From: Flavobacterium sp.
GTDB lineage: Bacteria > Bacteroidota > Bacteroidia > Flavobacteriales > Flavobacteriaceae
Reading direction: 5' to 3'
Assembly: GCA_015234525.1 (NCBI GenBank)
Contig: JADGMX010000017.1
Location: 7,910 to 71,909, forward strand
DNA: 64,000 nucleotides
The notes beneath the pieces were generated by a model, which did not search any database, had not been told where the DNA came from, and saw nothing but the letters and a program-made list of their open reading frames with translations. A program made the position numbers and the translations under genes. The stretch's first letter is position 1. Each line of letters begins with the position of its first letter. Below are positions 37,983-48,280 of this stretch, piece after piece.

Positions 37983-38841
37983 GACTACCTGAGATCATCT
38001 TAACATTCAATTCGGTTACCTCACCGCAATATTCGCCATCTACCTGAAAATGCACCGGAACATCGGTGGTAATCGTTGCCTGAGATGCGGAAATGATCTC
38101 CACATCGCCGGTGTCGATCGGCATGTTTCCCGCAATAATTTTCCCGAAAACAATCAAGTCGAGGTTTTTAATAATGATAATCTCAAAAAGACCGTCGTCC
38201 AGCACACCTTGTGGGTTAATGGTAACGCCTGTTCCGTACTTTTGCGAATTAGCAACAACCAGCATCTTTGATTCGGATGTAATGGTTTGGCCGTTTGCGG
38301 TCACACTTGCGGTGAATGGTACTTCGGAATCCGTAAGTGTATTAATCGCCTGAAGCGCATATCCCAATTTCCCGCGGATGGTGCCGTTCTCATAATTGCG
38401 AATCAGTTCGGCGTTGAGACCGATATCACTCAGATGAAGGCTGCGTTTATTGTTGATGCAAACAATATCGACGTTGATGATTTCGCCAAAAAATGCGGTC
38501 TGAAGGATTTCCGCCATCTCGGTCGGAATTCCCAAATCAACCGACAACCCATTTGCGGAACCAGCCGGAATGATCCCGATTACCGAGTCAATACCTTCCA
38601 ACGCTTCAGCGACCATTTTAATCGTACCGTCGCCACCGGCCACTAATACGCGCTCCGGATTTGATTGTTTGTAGAGTTCTAAAATCTTGGTTTGATCTTC
38701 AGCATCGCCGGTTGTTTCATATTTGATGATTTTGGAGGAGTGTTGTTCCGCAAAATCGGAAACAGCTGAAATAATCTCAGATTTATCAACGTCTCCCGCA
38801 ATTGGATTGATGACCAAAATATAGTTCTTTGAGGCGGCCAT
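37963..38841 (-). CDS. Diacylglycerol-kinase-family lipid kinase (YegS/BmrU-like)
   Basis: ILVINPIAGD, VLVAGGDGTIKMVAEAL, and IPAGSANG motifs. ATG at 38841 is preferred to 38895. Confidence 0.85.
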   Translation of the reverse strand: MAASKNYILVINPIAGDVDKSEIISAVSDFAEQHSSKIIKYETTGDAEDQTKILELYKQSNPERVLVAGGDGTIKMVAEALEGIDSVIGIIPAGSANGLSVDLGIPTEMAEILQTAFFGEIINVDIVCINNKRSLHLSDIGLNAELIRNYENGTIRGKLGYALQAINTLTDSEVPFTASVTANGQTITSESKMLVVANSQKYGTGVTINPQGVLDDGLFEIIIIKNLDLIVFGKIIAGNMPIDTGDVEIISASQATITTDVPVHFQVDGEYCGEVTELNVKMISGSLKIAVP

Positions 38842-38900
38842 TAGGAGGGTTTCATTATTAATTTGTAATTTGTATACGCTACTCAAATATATCAAATTTC

Positions 38901-39881
38901 ATGAAACCAATTTTAAAATTATATCGCGGTTATGCCAATGAAGATGAACTGATTGTAATGGGACATATCTTTAAACCAACCAACCGTGAAGAGTACGATT
39001 TTCAGAAAACAAAATTCAGGAACGCAAAGTCGGTGATCCGAATGTTTCGGATCAAAACTCAGGCAAATGCCGATGTATATCTTCATCATGAAGGCCAGAA
39101 GATCAAGACAAAATCGCTGGCCGACGGTTATTTCAAATTTTGCATTCCGCTTCAAAAAGCAATCGGTTATGGATGGGTCGAGTTTAAGGTAAGTATTTTT
39201 TACGGTGATGAAGAAATCTTCGAAACCGGTTCGCTGATCAGGCCATATCAAGGTCAGTTTGGTTTTATATCTGATATTGATGATACATTTTTGGTTTCGC
39301 ACACGCGGAATGCTTTTAAGAAACTGTATATTTTATTGTTCCGAAATGTGAATGACCGCAAATTATTTGAAGGCGTGGTTCCGCATTATCAGGCGCTAAG
39401 TCAGGCGGGTCGCGATAACCGAAGTGAGCAGAATGCATTTTTTTACGTGTCGAGTAGCGAGTGGAATTTATACCGCTTTATCGTCGATTTCACAAAACTT
39501 CACCAATTGCCACGAGCCGTTCTATTGCTGAAGGACATTAAAACCAGCTTGACCGATTTTTTTGTTACCGGCCGCGGTAATCACAACCACAAGTTTGAGA
39601 AGATCAAGCATATTTTGGAAATGTATCCGCATTTAAAATACACGTTACTGGGCGATGATTCGCAGGAAGACCCCTATTTATACGAGAATATTTGCAAGAT
39701 TTTTCCCCTGACCGTCTTTGCGGTTTATATCCGGCAAACTTCGCGACACAAGAAGCAGAAGACGATTGATGCGCTTAAAATCATGGAGGAACTTGGCGTT
39801 AAAACCTGCTATTTTGTTGATAGCAATCAGGCCATTGAACATTCGAAGGAAATAGGCTTGATTAAAATCGATCAGCCCTAG
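38901..39881 (+). CDS. App1-family phosphatidate phosphatase-like protein (DUF2183)
   Basis: ISDIDDTFLVS (DxDxT) and LLGDDSQEDPYLYE motifs. Confidence 0.78.
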   Translation: MKPILKLYRGYANEDELIVMGHIFKPTNREEYDFQKTKFRNAKSVIRMFRIKTQANADVYLHHEGQKIKTKSLADGYFKFCIPLQKAIGYGWVEFKVSIFYGDEEIFETGSLIRPYQGQFGFISDIDDTFLVSHTRNAFKKLYILLFRNVNDRKLFEGVVPHYQALSQAGRDNRSEQNAFFYVSSSEWNLYRFIVDFTKLHQLPRAVLLLKDIKTSLTDFFVTGRGNHNHKFEKIKHILEMYPHLKYTLLGDDSQEDPYLYENICKIFPLTVFAVYIRQTSRHKKQKTIDALKIMEELGVKTCYFVDSNQAIEHSKEIGLIKIDQP

Positions 39882-39957
39882 CCCTGATGGGAGCGGCATC
39901 CTTTTTTAGGCGAGTTTGCGAGCCGAAAAAAGATACAGCGGACAGCAGGAAACAGCT
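39876..39957 (+). repeat. Intergenic repeat (copy 7)
   Basis: CCCTAGCCCTGATGGGAGCGGCATCCTTTTTT-aggcgagtttgcgagccg-AAAAAAGATACAGCGGACAGCAGGAAACAGCT. The first 6 nt include the App1 stop codon. Confidence 0.85.
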
Positions 39958-39964
39958 ACGGAAA

Positions 39965-41872
39965 TTACGCCTTTTCGATTTCTTCCTGAACCGCTTCCCA
40001 ATCTTCTAAAAGTTGGTCGAGCTCCGCTTTTTTCTTGTTGTAGGCCGTAAAGAATGTAGCGTCCTCGATGTGTTTGTCGTAGTTTGACGCCAGGGCTTTG
40101 TCATCCTTTTGAATGTCGATCTCCAGCTGTTTGATCTGACTTTCAATTTTGCTCAACTTGTTGTGAAGCGTCTTGTTTTTCTTCTGGTCTTCGTAAGATT
40201 GTTTAGGCGATTCCTTTGCAGTTTCTTTCTTTACCACATCACGTTTTTCGACCTCACGCATGTTTTCGAGATTGCGCTGTTCGAGGAAATAGTTGATATC
40301 GCCAAGATATTCGCGGATTTTCTGATCTTTAAATTCATACACGATATTCGACATTCCTTGTAAGAAATCCCTGTCGTGCGAAACTAAAAGCAAGGTACCT
40401 TCATACTTTTGAAGTGCTGCTTTCAGAACGTTTTTCGACTTAATATCGAGGTGGTTCGTGGGTTCATCCATAACCAGGACGTTGATCGGTTGCAGAAGCA
40501 ATTTGCAGAGCGCAAGCCGATTCCGTTCGCCACCCGACAGAACTTTGACCTTTTTTTCGACATCATCGCCGCGGAAAAGGAACGAGCCAAGCATGTCGCG
40601 TACCTTTGACCGGTTGGTGTCGTTTGCAGCGTCTTCCATGGTCTGCAAGAGCGTGATCTCGCCATCAAGATATTCGGCTTGATTTTGCGCAAAATAGCCC
40701 ACTTGAACGTTGTGACCGAGTTTGATTGTTCCCTGATAATCGATTTCGTTGACGATGGCTTTAATGAAAGTCGATTTTCCCTGACCGTTTTGGCCGACAA
40801 ATGCGATTTTACTGCCGCGTTCAACAAGAAGCGAAATATCTTTCAGGATGGTGTTGTCGCCGTATTTTTTAGTAACGTGTTCGGCTTCGATAACTACTTT
40901 TCCGGGAACTTTTGAAACTGGAAATGAAATATTCATTACTGAATTATCATCTTCATCGACCTCGATACGCTCAACTTTGTCGAGTTTCTTGATGAGAGAC
41001 TGAGCCATTGATGCTTTTGAAGCCTTGGCACGGAATTTCTCGATGAGCTTTTCGGTTTCCTCTATCTTTTTTTGTTGGTTCTTTTGAGTGGCAAGTTGCT
41101 TTTCGCGGATTTCGTGGCGAAGTTCGAGGTATTGCGAATATGGTTTGTTGAAATCGTATGCTTTCCCGAGGGAAATTTCGATGGTGCGGTTGGTTACGTT
41201 GTCGAGGAACATTTTATCGTGCGAAACAATGACCACCACTCCGGGATAATTGCGAAGGAAATTTTCGAGCCAGATAATCGATTCGATATCGAGGTGGTTT
41301 GTTGGCTCATCCAGCAAAAGCACGTCGTTTGCCTGCAGCAGGAGTTTTGCAAGTTCGATACGCATCCGCCATCCACCGGAAAAAGTTTCGGTTTGGTTAT
41401 TAAAAACCTCGCGTTTGAAACCGAGTCCGAGGAGAATCTTTTCAGTGTCGCCAACATAATTATAACCGCCGAGCATTTCGAAATGGTGCGTGTTATCGGA
41501 AAGATCTTCGATGATTTTCGAATATTCGTCGCTTTCGTAGTCGGTTCGGGTTACGAGCTGGTGATTTATTTCTTCGAGTTTGCGTTCAACTTTTTGAATT
41601 TCGGTGAATGCTTGATAGGCTTCTTCGAGAACGGTCCGGCCTTGCTCAAAATCGATGTCTTGTCGGAGGAAACCGATTCGAATTTCCTTTTCGGATGCGA
41701 TGCTGCCAGAATCCGGTGCGAAATCGCGCGCCAAAATTTTAAGCATTGTAGATTTACCGGCGCCGTTTTTACCGACGAGTCCAACGCGATCACCTGCGCC
41801 TAAACGGAAAGTAACTTCTTCAAATAAATATGTACCTCCAAAAGAGACCGACAGGTTGTGAATATTGAGCAT
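39965..41872 (-). CDS. ABC-F family ATPase (two ABC domains, no membrane domain)
   Basis: 635 aa with two Walker A sites (GKNGAGKST, GQNGQGKST), two LSGG signatures, an inter-domain linker and a C-terminal coiled coil. Confidence 0.9.
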   Translation of the reverse strand: MLNIHNLSVSFGGTYLFEEVTFRLGAGDRVGLVGKNGAGKSTMLKILARDFAPDSGSIASEKEIRIGFLRQDIDFEQGRTVLEEAYQAFTEIQKVERKLEEINHQLVTRTDYESDEYSKIIEDLSDNTHHFEMLGGYNYVGDTEKILLGLGFKREVFNNQTETFSGGWRMRIELAKLLLQANDVLLLDEPTNHLDIESIIWLENFLRNYPGVVVIVSHDKMFLDNVTNRTIEISLGKAYDFNKPYSQYLELRHEIREKQLATQKNQQKKIEETEKLIEKFRAKASKASMAQSLIKKLDKVERIEVDEDDNSVMNISFPVSKVPGKVVIEAEHVTKKYGDNTILKDISLLVERGSKIAFVGQNGQGKSTFIKAIVNEIDYQGTIKLGHNVQVGYFAQNQAEYLDGEITLLQTMEDAANDTNRSKVRDMLGSFLFRGDDVEKKVKVLSGGERNRLALCKLLLQPINVLVMDEPTNHLDIKSKNVLKAALQKYEGTLLLVSHDRDFLQGMSNIVYEFKDQKIREYLGDINYFLEQRNLENMREVEKRDVVKKETAKESPKQSYEDQKKNKTLHNKLSKIESQIKQLEIDIQKDDKALASNYDKHIEDATFFTAYNKKKAELDQLLEDWEAVQEEIEKA

Positions 41873-41942
41873 TAATCAAGTTTTGTTCGTTAGTGAATAC
41901 GTATCTTTGTAGTAAAATACGACCACATAAATTTTTTTGCAA

Positions 41943-42335
41943 ATGTTAAAAAAAGGATCCAAATTATATAGCATTTTAACAGGAACTTGTCCACGTTGTC
42001 ACGAGGAGCACATGTATGTGAACAAGAATCCGTATGTCATCACCGAATTGATGAAAATGCATGATCACTGTGGGAATTGCGGATTGAAATACAAGATCGA
42101 ACCCAACTTCTTTTTTGGCGCTATGTATGTAAGCTATGCTTTGGCAGTGGCGTTGTCGATTGTGATTTTTGCAATTGCGCAACTGGGTTTTGATGCCGAC
42201 ATTCCGACGTCATTTATATCGATCATAATCGGATTGATCATTTTTATGCCTTTGCTGACGCGGTTTTCGAGAAACATCTACATTAATATGTTTATTAAAT
42301 ACCGTCCTGAGATGGGTAAGAATCCGAAAATCTAG
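41943..42335 (+). CDS. DUF983-family membrane protein
   Basis: CPRCHEEHMY...CGNCGLKY zinc-ribbon-like pairs followed by two hydrophobic helices. Confidence 0.7.
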   Translation: MLKKGSKLYSILTGTCPRCHEEHMYVNKNPYVITELMKMHDHCGNCGLKYKIEPNFFFGAMYVSYALAVALSIVIFAIAQLGFDADIPTSFISIIIGLIIFMPLLTRFSRNIYINMFIKYRPEMGKNPKI

Positions 42336-43359
42336 CGATATCGATGTCTTTTGGCAGCGGCTCGCCGGTTTCGATCAAATCATAAAGATGCTTTGCCATC
42401 GCGGGTGCAAGCATGACTCCCCGCGTTCCCAAGCCGTTTAAAACATACATATTGTGAAACCTGGCGTTCTTGCCAATAATCGGTTTCCGATCGCGCGTGG
42501 TTGGCCTGACACCAGCAAATTGCTCCACAACTTTGAAGTCGCATTCAAGCACTTCTGATATTCGCTTTACGAGTTCAGCTTTCCCTTCGTCAGAAATAGT
42601 TTCTGTTTTATCGCTCCAGTTGTATGTTGCACCAACTTTAAAAAATCCGTTTCCAAGCGGAATAAAGAACACGCCGGCGTTAACTAATTGGTCGAGTTTC
42701 AGATCACTTGCGTGGATGATAAGCAGTTCCCCTTTTGTGCCGTTTAGCGGAAGATACCTGAAGAATGGATTGGCGTGAATCCCGAAACCTTCTGCAAAGA
42801 CGATATGACGAGCGGATATTGTTTTGTAAGTTACGTGAGATGCATTTAATTGCAATACATCGTAGTCAAACATCTCGTTTGAATATGAGTCGATCTCCTG
42901 AAGAAACGATCGATAACTTACAAGTAATTCCTTTGTTAAAACATAGCCGGTGTGATTGACTTCGCCAAAGCCGAAAGGTGACGATAAACCGGCGAATTGC
43001 TCCGACTTTAAGTTCGTTGACAGAAAGGGTTTCATCAGTGGATTATCCGAGGCTTGAAACCAATTATTTTGCTCTTCGACTGAAGCAAATCTGCGAAGAA
43101 GCGGCATCGGAAATCTAAACTGACGATTGAGTTTTTGTTCAATACCGTCATACAACTGATTCATTATTTCGAGGTGTTCGAGGGCAAATTGGAGCCCGCT
43201 AAACCGCTTCAGAATAACCGGATTGTACAATCCTGCAGCGACTGAGGACGAGTTGTGGCTTTGGTTGTCAAAAACAAAAACAGACTTGTTGTTTTGCAGC
43301 GCTGTTTCGGCAAAAGCGATTCCGGCGAGCCCGCTACCAACGATGATATAGTCGATCAT
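42295..43359 (-). CDS. FAD-dependent oxidoreductase (DAO family)
   Basis: MIDYIIVGSGLAGIAFAE dinucleotide-binding start, 354 aa. It overlaps the DUF983 gene convergently by 41 nt. Confidence 0.8.
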   Translation of the reverse strand: MIDYIIVGSGLAGIAFAETALQNNKSVFVFDNQSHNSSSVAAGLYNPVILKRFSGLQFALEHLEIMNQLYDGIEQKLNRQFRFPMPLLRRFASVEEQNNWFQASDNPLMKPFLSTNLKSEQFAGLSSPFGFGEVNHTGYVLTKELLVSYRSFLQEIDSYSNEMFDYDVLQLNASHVTYKTISARHIVFAEGFGIHANPFFRYLPLNGTKGELLIIHASDLKLDQLVNAGVFFIPLGNGFFKVGATYNWSDKTETISDEGKAELVKRISEVLECDFKVVEQFAGVRPTTRDRKPIIGKNARFHNMYVLNGLGTRGVMLAPAMAKHLYDLIETGEPLPKDIDIARFSDSYPSQDGI

Positions 43360-43367
43360 ATAATAAA

Positions 43368-43398
43368 GAAAAAACTCCTACCCGAAGGTAAGAGTTTT
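43368..43398 (-). terminator. Intrinsic terminator after gldN
   Basis: The minus strand reads AAAACTCTTACC-ttcg-GGTAGGAGTTTT followed by a T-rich tract. Confidence 0.7.
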
Positions 43399-43421
43399 AT
43401 TAATGGATTAAGATTTTGGAA

Positions 43422-44312
43422 TTAATAGTTCCACATATCTTGTTCAAAACTTCTGATTTTGTCTTTCACCCTTTCGGATTCAAGGAGCTGCATTTGCGCA
43501 TTTTCTTTCATGTATTCGCTGATCTCGCGATCTCCGTAAACGTTTTCCTCTTTGTAGATTGTAGCGTTAAAACGTCGTGAGTTGAGCAAGTGGTCGAAAG
43601 ATATCGGCATTGCAGAATTTCTGTCGTTGAAAGCTTTGGCTTCGTGAAGGACGTTACGTGCATCCGGAAAGTAAATCCAGAAAAGCTCGATATAATCCTG
43701 TTCTTCGTTACCAAGTGTATAAACATCCGGAACAACAGGGCAAAGTCCGAGTAAACGGTATTTCAATTCACCTTGACGCTTGTCGAAGTACCAGAAACCT
43801 TTGATCTTATAATCGGTAACATCGATTGAAGCAATATCCGTTCTCACGATGTATTCCGGGCTAATAGGATCACCCGCATTGTATTGCTCACGACCCGGGT
43901 CGGTTGTATCAATTCTGGTCAAAGAAGCCTGAATATCTTTCAACGTCTTCTTAGTATTGAAATAACTATCGCCGTATACTTCAGTGATCGTTCCGGCTTG
44001 GATCGAAGCGCTAAGCACGTCATACAATGAACGACGGTCTCTACCGATGTTTGCACTATCAATTGGGAAGTAAAGCGGGAAATTTACACGTTCGTCAAGA
44101 TCAATGATCTCCCAAACAGTTTTTCCCATTAGAACATCGCGATCGTGCACATAACCATAAGCGAGTGGCTTATCATTGTCTGCGATTAATTGCGCATCAG
44201 TTTTCTTTCCAATTTCGGCAGGCGTCTTTGCGTTAAGCAAATTCGATTGCGCAGAAGTCACACAGCATCCCGCCGCAAAACTCAATACCACCAAAACATT
44301 TTTCAACATCAT
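43422..44312 (-). CDS. gldN: Gliding motility / T9SS protein GldN
   Basis: 296 aa, signal peptide, last gene of the K-L-M-N order. WEIIDLDERVNFPLYFP and GFWYFDKRQGELKYRLLG are family-typical. Confidence 0.88.
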   Translation of the reverse strand: MMLKNVLVVLSFAAGCCVTSAQSNLLNAKTPAEIGKKTDAQLIADNDKPLAYGYVHDRDVLMGKTVWEIIDLDERVNFPLYFPIDSANIGRDRRSLYDVLSASIQAGTITEVYGDSYFNTKKTLKDIQASLTRIDTTDPGREQYNAGDPISPEYIVRTDIASIDVTDYKIKGFWYFDKRQGELKYRLLGLCPVVPDVYTLGNEEQDYIELFWIYFPDARNVLHEAKAFNDRNSAMPISFDHLLNSRRFNATIYKEENVYGDREISEYMKENAQMQLLESERVKDKIRSFEQDMWNY

Positions 44313-44363
44313 ATTTTATAAATTCTGAGTTATCTAAAGTAGGTTAACGATAACCGTTAGTTC

Positions 44364-45902
44364 TTATTGTATCTCCCAAATAACTGGAGCAGTTCTAGGC
44401 AACATGTAATCACCAGCACCTACTAATTTAGTTTTGATCTCAGATATTGTTACCTGATCTCCACGTCCAGCCTTGGCGATTACAGCTTTAGCTTGAGCGT
44501 TCATCTTATTACCTTGAACAACTACTGTAGGTTGACCTGTAACTTTAAGGTTGAATCCTGTTACGTTAAGACCAACTTCGAAGTCAAAGTCTTCCAATTT
44601 AGCTCCGACAGTTGAAACTTCTAAGCTTGATTTAGGTCCTTTTACAACACCTACTTCACCTCTGATTGTTCCACTTGGTCCAGGGATACCTTTGATACGG
44701 AATACTTTCTTGTCTGCAACCGTTTTTCCGTCAGGAAGCTTTGCAGTTACGTTGATCACAAGTTCATTACCTTTTCCGGGGCTTACGTTATACTTTCCAA
44801 CACCACCAGCTTTAGTTAAACCAGGAGCAGAAGCAGTAACATTATTGTCCGATACACCTGCGAATGAAATAGTCATTGGGTTTACAACACCACGATACAC
44901 AACGTTCATCTTATCTGCAGAAATCGTAGCAGAATTTGGACGCGGCACAACAACATATTTACCTTCGAAAGGAAGTGGAACAGTTTTACCATCTTCAAGG
45001 AACGTAAATTTACCTTTGATTGTTTGTTCTCCGACACCACCTGCCATCATATCGATAACAGCTTGACCGTTATCAATTTTACCAGGACCCTCGAAAGACG
45101 TTGGTTTTGTATTAGAATCATAACGACCCAAAACAACTTTACCTGTTACTTTCTCCCCCTGGAAGTATGCATTTTTGTCCAGAACTACGATAGCAGTATA
45201 CTTATTCATCGAAGTTGCTTCAAGAGCTGCTTTACCAAGAGCAATGTTGTAGATATTTGCCTCAATAACTTTAACGTTGTTCTGCAATGCAGATAGCTTA
45301 GTCAAAGATGCGATTGAAGGGAAACCCTGATAGTGATACGTAAGGTACTTTTTCTTTACACCTTCGCCGTCAACAATATCAGCAGTTGCAAATTTTGAAT
45401 CAAGCTCAGCTGCAACAGTTTTGTATTTTACATCATTGCCTAACGCAGCTTTCATATCAGCTTTGTACTTCTCGATAGCAGCTACAAACTCCTTACCTTT
45501 TGGAGAGTAACCATCACCTTCGAACCATTGCTCGTCGATCTTATCTCCCTTATCCATTGCTTCGTAAGGAAGTTTCCCGCTTTCTTCTCTTTCGATATCT
45601 TTAGTGATATCACCTTTCAAAGACTCTACGTATGAGTAAAACTGGTTTGAAATATTTTTAACTTTATCTGAAACTTCTTTTGCAGCGCTAAACGTAGGGT
45701 TTTCTGCAGCTTTAGCAGCTAACGCCTGATACATTTGATCATTCGTTTTAGTTGCGTCCGTATTTGAAGATTCGAATTGTTCGTTCATCAAGCCAAAAGC
45801 TGAAAGTACTTCTTTTGACATGTTAAGCGCAAGCATTGCGATGAAAACCAGATACATCAGGTTAATCATCTTCTGCCTAGGGGTTAATTTTCCTCCTGCC
45901 AT
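44364..45902 (-). CDS. gldM: Gliding motility / T9SS protein GldM
   Basis: MAGGKLTPRQKMINLMYLVFIAMLALNMSKEVL is the characteristic N-terminus. 512 aa. Confidence 0.93.
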   Translation of the reverse strand: MAGGKLTPRQKMINLMYLVFIAMLALNMSKEVLSAFGLMNEQFESSNTDATKTNDQMYQALAAKAAENPTFSAAKEVSDKVKNISNQFYSYVESLKGDITKDIEREESGKLPYEAMDKGDKIDEQWFEGDGYSPKGKEFVAAIEKYKADMKAALGNDVKYKTVAAELDSKFATADIVDGEGVKKKYLTYHYQGFPSIASLTKLSALQNNVKVIEANIYNIALGKAALEATSMNKYTAIVVLDKNAYFQGEKVTGKVVLGRYDSNTKPTSFEGPGKIDNGQAVIDMMAGGVGEQTIKGKFTFLEDGKTVPLPFEGKYVVVPRPNSATISADKMNVVYRGVVNPMTISFAGVSDNNVTASAPGLTKAGGVGKYNVSPGKGNELVINVTAKLPDGKTVADKKVFRIKGIPGPSGTIRGEVGVVKGPKSSLEVSTVGAKLEDFDFEVGLNVTGFNLKVTGQPTVVVQGNKMNAQAKAVIAKAGRGDQVTISEIKTKLVGAGDYMLPRTAPVIWEIQ

Positions 45903-45952
45903 TTTTTCTAATTAGTTTTTTGTTTTGTGATTAATGAAAAATAAGGTGGAGA

Positions 45953-46591
45953 TTATCCTCTGTTACCCATTGCTGAAAGCATTCCGCCATAAACATTGTT
46001 CAATGAAGACAAGTTAGCAGTAAGCGATTGCATTTGATCTTTCAACTTCATGTTGTTTTCAGCAACTTCATTGTTGATCTGTGCGTTACGTGAAGCGCTT
46101 TCCAATTGCACTTTGTATAGGCTGTTAAGCGATTCCATTTGTGCTGCAGCAAGCGTAAGCTCTTCACTGTATTTTTTAGTTGAAGCGATTGAATCAACTG
46201 TTGGAGCAATTCCTTTTGCTGCTCCTTCGAAGTTTCTGATGCTGGTACCAAGGCTAGCCATAAGCTCACCGTCGATTTTAGCTTCTTTCAACATATTGTC
46301 AAGTTTTTGCGAAAGCAAACCTTGTGCTTCGCTAGGATCTTGTGCTTTAACATTAGCTTTAGCTTTAGCTTCACCGCCAGCTAATTCAGGGTAAACAAGT
46401 GACCAATCTAATTCTTTGTCAACCGGGTCAAAAGCTGATAATCCGAAAATAAGAGCCTCACAACCGAGACCAATGATAAGCATCGCGCTCGCACCTGGCC
46501 AGTGCATAAGTTTAAAAAGTGCTCCGACGATTACAACTGCTGCTCCCATTCCGTAAGCGAAGTTCATCGCCTTTTTGCTCAAAAATGCCAT
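45953..46591 (-). CDS. gldL: Gliding motility / T9SS protein GldL
   Basis: YGMGAAVVIVGALFKLMHWPGA plus a second TM helix (LIIGLGCEALIFGLSAF). Confidence 0.92.
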   Translation of the reverse strand: MAFLSKKAMNFAYGMGAAVVIVGALFKLMHWPGASAMLIIGLGCEALIFGLSAFDPVDKELDWSLVYPELAGGEAKAKANVKAQDPSEAQGLLSQKLDNMLKEAKIDGELMASLGTSIRNFEGAAKGIAPTVDSIASTKKYSEELTLAAAQMESLNSLYKVQLESASRNAQINNEVAENNMKLKDQMQSLTANLSSLNNVYGGMLSAMGNRG

Positions 46592-46644
46592 AATAAAAAT
46601 TGTGTTAAGTTAAGTTTAAATATAAGTAAGTAAAGTAAGTTAAA

Positions 46645-48057
46645 TTATCGTCTTGATGCTTGACCAGGTCTTCCTCCTGTAACATCTACACCCATGTAAT
46701 CCTGAACAGTTCTGAAACCAATATAGCTTCTTGCTGAATCTGCGTACTCAAAATCACGTGTGCTAACCTGCAAGTAGTAAGCAACATCTTTCCATGAACC
46801 ACCGCGAGTAACTTTACGCTTGTTGTTCAAATCACCCACATTAGGGTTCATAGTTGAAACGTATTCGTAAGCTGCAGCATCATAAGATGAATCTGTCCAT
46901 TCGGCTACGTTACCAGCCATGTTGTAAAGATTGTAGCCGTTTGGCTCGTAAGATTTGGCTTCAACAGTGTAAAGCGCCTGATCTGCCGCATAATCACCAC
47001 GGTTAGGTTTGAAGTTAGCCAAGAAACAACCTCTGTCGTTTTTAGTGTATGGACCACCCCAAGGATACGTTGCAGATTCAAGACCACCTCTTGCAGAATA
47101 TTCCCATTCAGCTTCAGTTGGAAGACGGAAACTGTTAATTAGGTTTCTGTTTTTCTTTTTTGATTTGATGTAAGCATTTTTCTTTAAAGTTCTCCAAGCA
47201 CAGAATGCTTTCGCCTGAGTCCATTTAACACCTACGACAGGATAATCGCCGTAAGCCTGATGCCAGAAATAATCATTGTGCATTGGCTCGTTGTAAGAGT
47301 ATGCAAAATCTTTGATCCAAACCGTAGTATCCGGATAAACCTGAACAGTTTCGGTTTTGATGAAATCACTTCTCTTACCCACTTTAGCTTTTGCAGCAGC
47401 TTGGATATCCATCCAAGAATATCTGAATTTCAATTTACTTACATCGATAGTACGCAAACCATTGTACGATTCAGCTACCGGCAAATACATTGAATCCATC
47501 ACTTCTGAATAATACTCATCAGGATATTTTGAAGTGTCGGTGATCAATTTTACTTTTTTATTAAGTCTTCTTCCAGCAAATGGATCATCATCGGTTCCGA
47601 CGCTGTAATAGTTCTCATACATGTACTTTTCGTACGGAGTCATGTTTGCAGGATCAGCATCGTTAAAGGCGAAATCTCCAATACTACCGGCATTTCTTCC
47701 ACCACCACCTGCTGGAGCTGTTTGACCAACCTCATCAGCAAGGATCGCAAGACGAACTCGGATCGTTGAATCTTTTACCCATTCCACGAATTGACGGTAC
47801 TCGCTATTTGTAATTTCAGTCTCATCCATGTAAAATGAACGAACCGTAACAGTTTTAGTTGGCGCATCCTGAACATTAGCCAAATCATCATCCGATTTAC
47901 CCATTATAAAAGAGCCTCCAGGCACTAGCGTCATTCCGTAAGGTTTCTCCGGATGCCACTTCTTGCCTTTCACTCCGACCAGCTCACCTTTATCGTTTGA
48001 ACGACCACAGCCGACAAGTAGCGCGACAACAGCTGTAAATGCGACGAATTTCTTCAT
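46645..48057 (-). CDS. gldK: Gliding motility / T9SS lipoprotein GldK (FGE-sulfatase/SUMF1 fold)
   Basis: MKKFVAFTAVVALLVGCG lipobox. LPTEAEWEYSARGG and GNVAEWT, RGGSW motifs. Confidence 0.92.
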   Translation of the reverse strand: MKKFVAFTAVVALLVGCGRSNDKGELVGVKGKKWHPEKPYGMTLVPGGSFIMGKSDDDLANVQDAPTKTVTVRSFYMDETEITNSEYRQFVEWVKDSTIRVRLAILADEVGQTAPAGGGGRNAGSIGDFAFNDADPANMTPYEKYMYENYYSVGTDDDPFAGRRLNKKVKLITDTSKYPDEYYSEVMDSMYLPVAESYNGLRTIDVSKLKFRYSWMDIQAAAKAKVGKRSDFIKTETVQVYPDTTVWIKDFAYSYNEPMHNDYFWHQAYGDYPVVGVKWTQAKAFCAWRTLKKNAYIKSKKKNRNLINSFRLPTEAEWEYSARGGLESATYPWGGPYTKNDRGCFLANFKPNRGDYAADQALYTVEAKSYEPNGYNLYNMAGNVAEWTDSSYDAAAYEYVSTMNPNVGDLNNKRKVTRGGSWKDVAYYLQVSTRDFEYADSARSYIGFRTVQDYMGVDVTGGRPGQASRR

Positions 48058-48280
48058 ATAAATTTGGGTTATGTATGTATTCAAAATTTTAAGGGCGTAA
48101 ACCTATTTATTATTTTTCAAAAAAGCAATTAATGAACTTAATTTATTTCGAGAACCAAAAGTAAAATTAATTTTGATTCCGCAAAACATTTTTACCGATA
48201 AAATGCAAAAATCGTCGATAAAGTGCGTTTTTATATCGTATTTGTAAGATTTAACTTATATTACAGCAACCTCTTAACCA

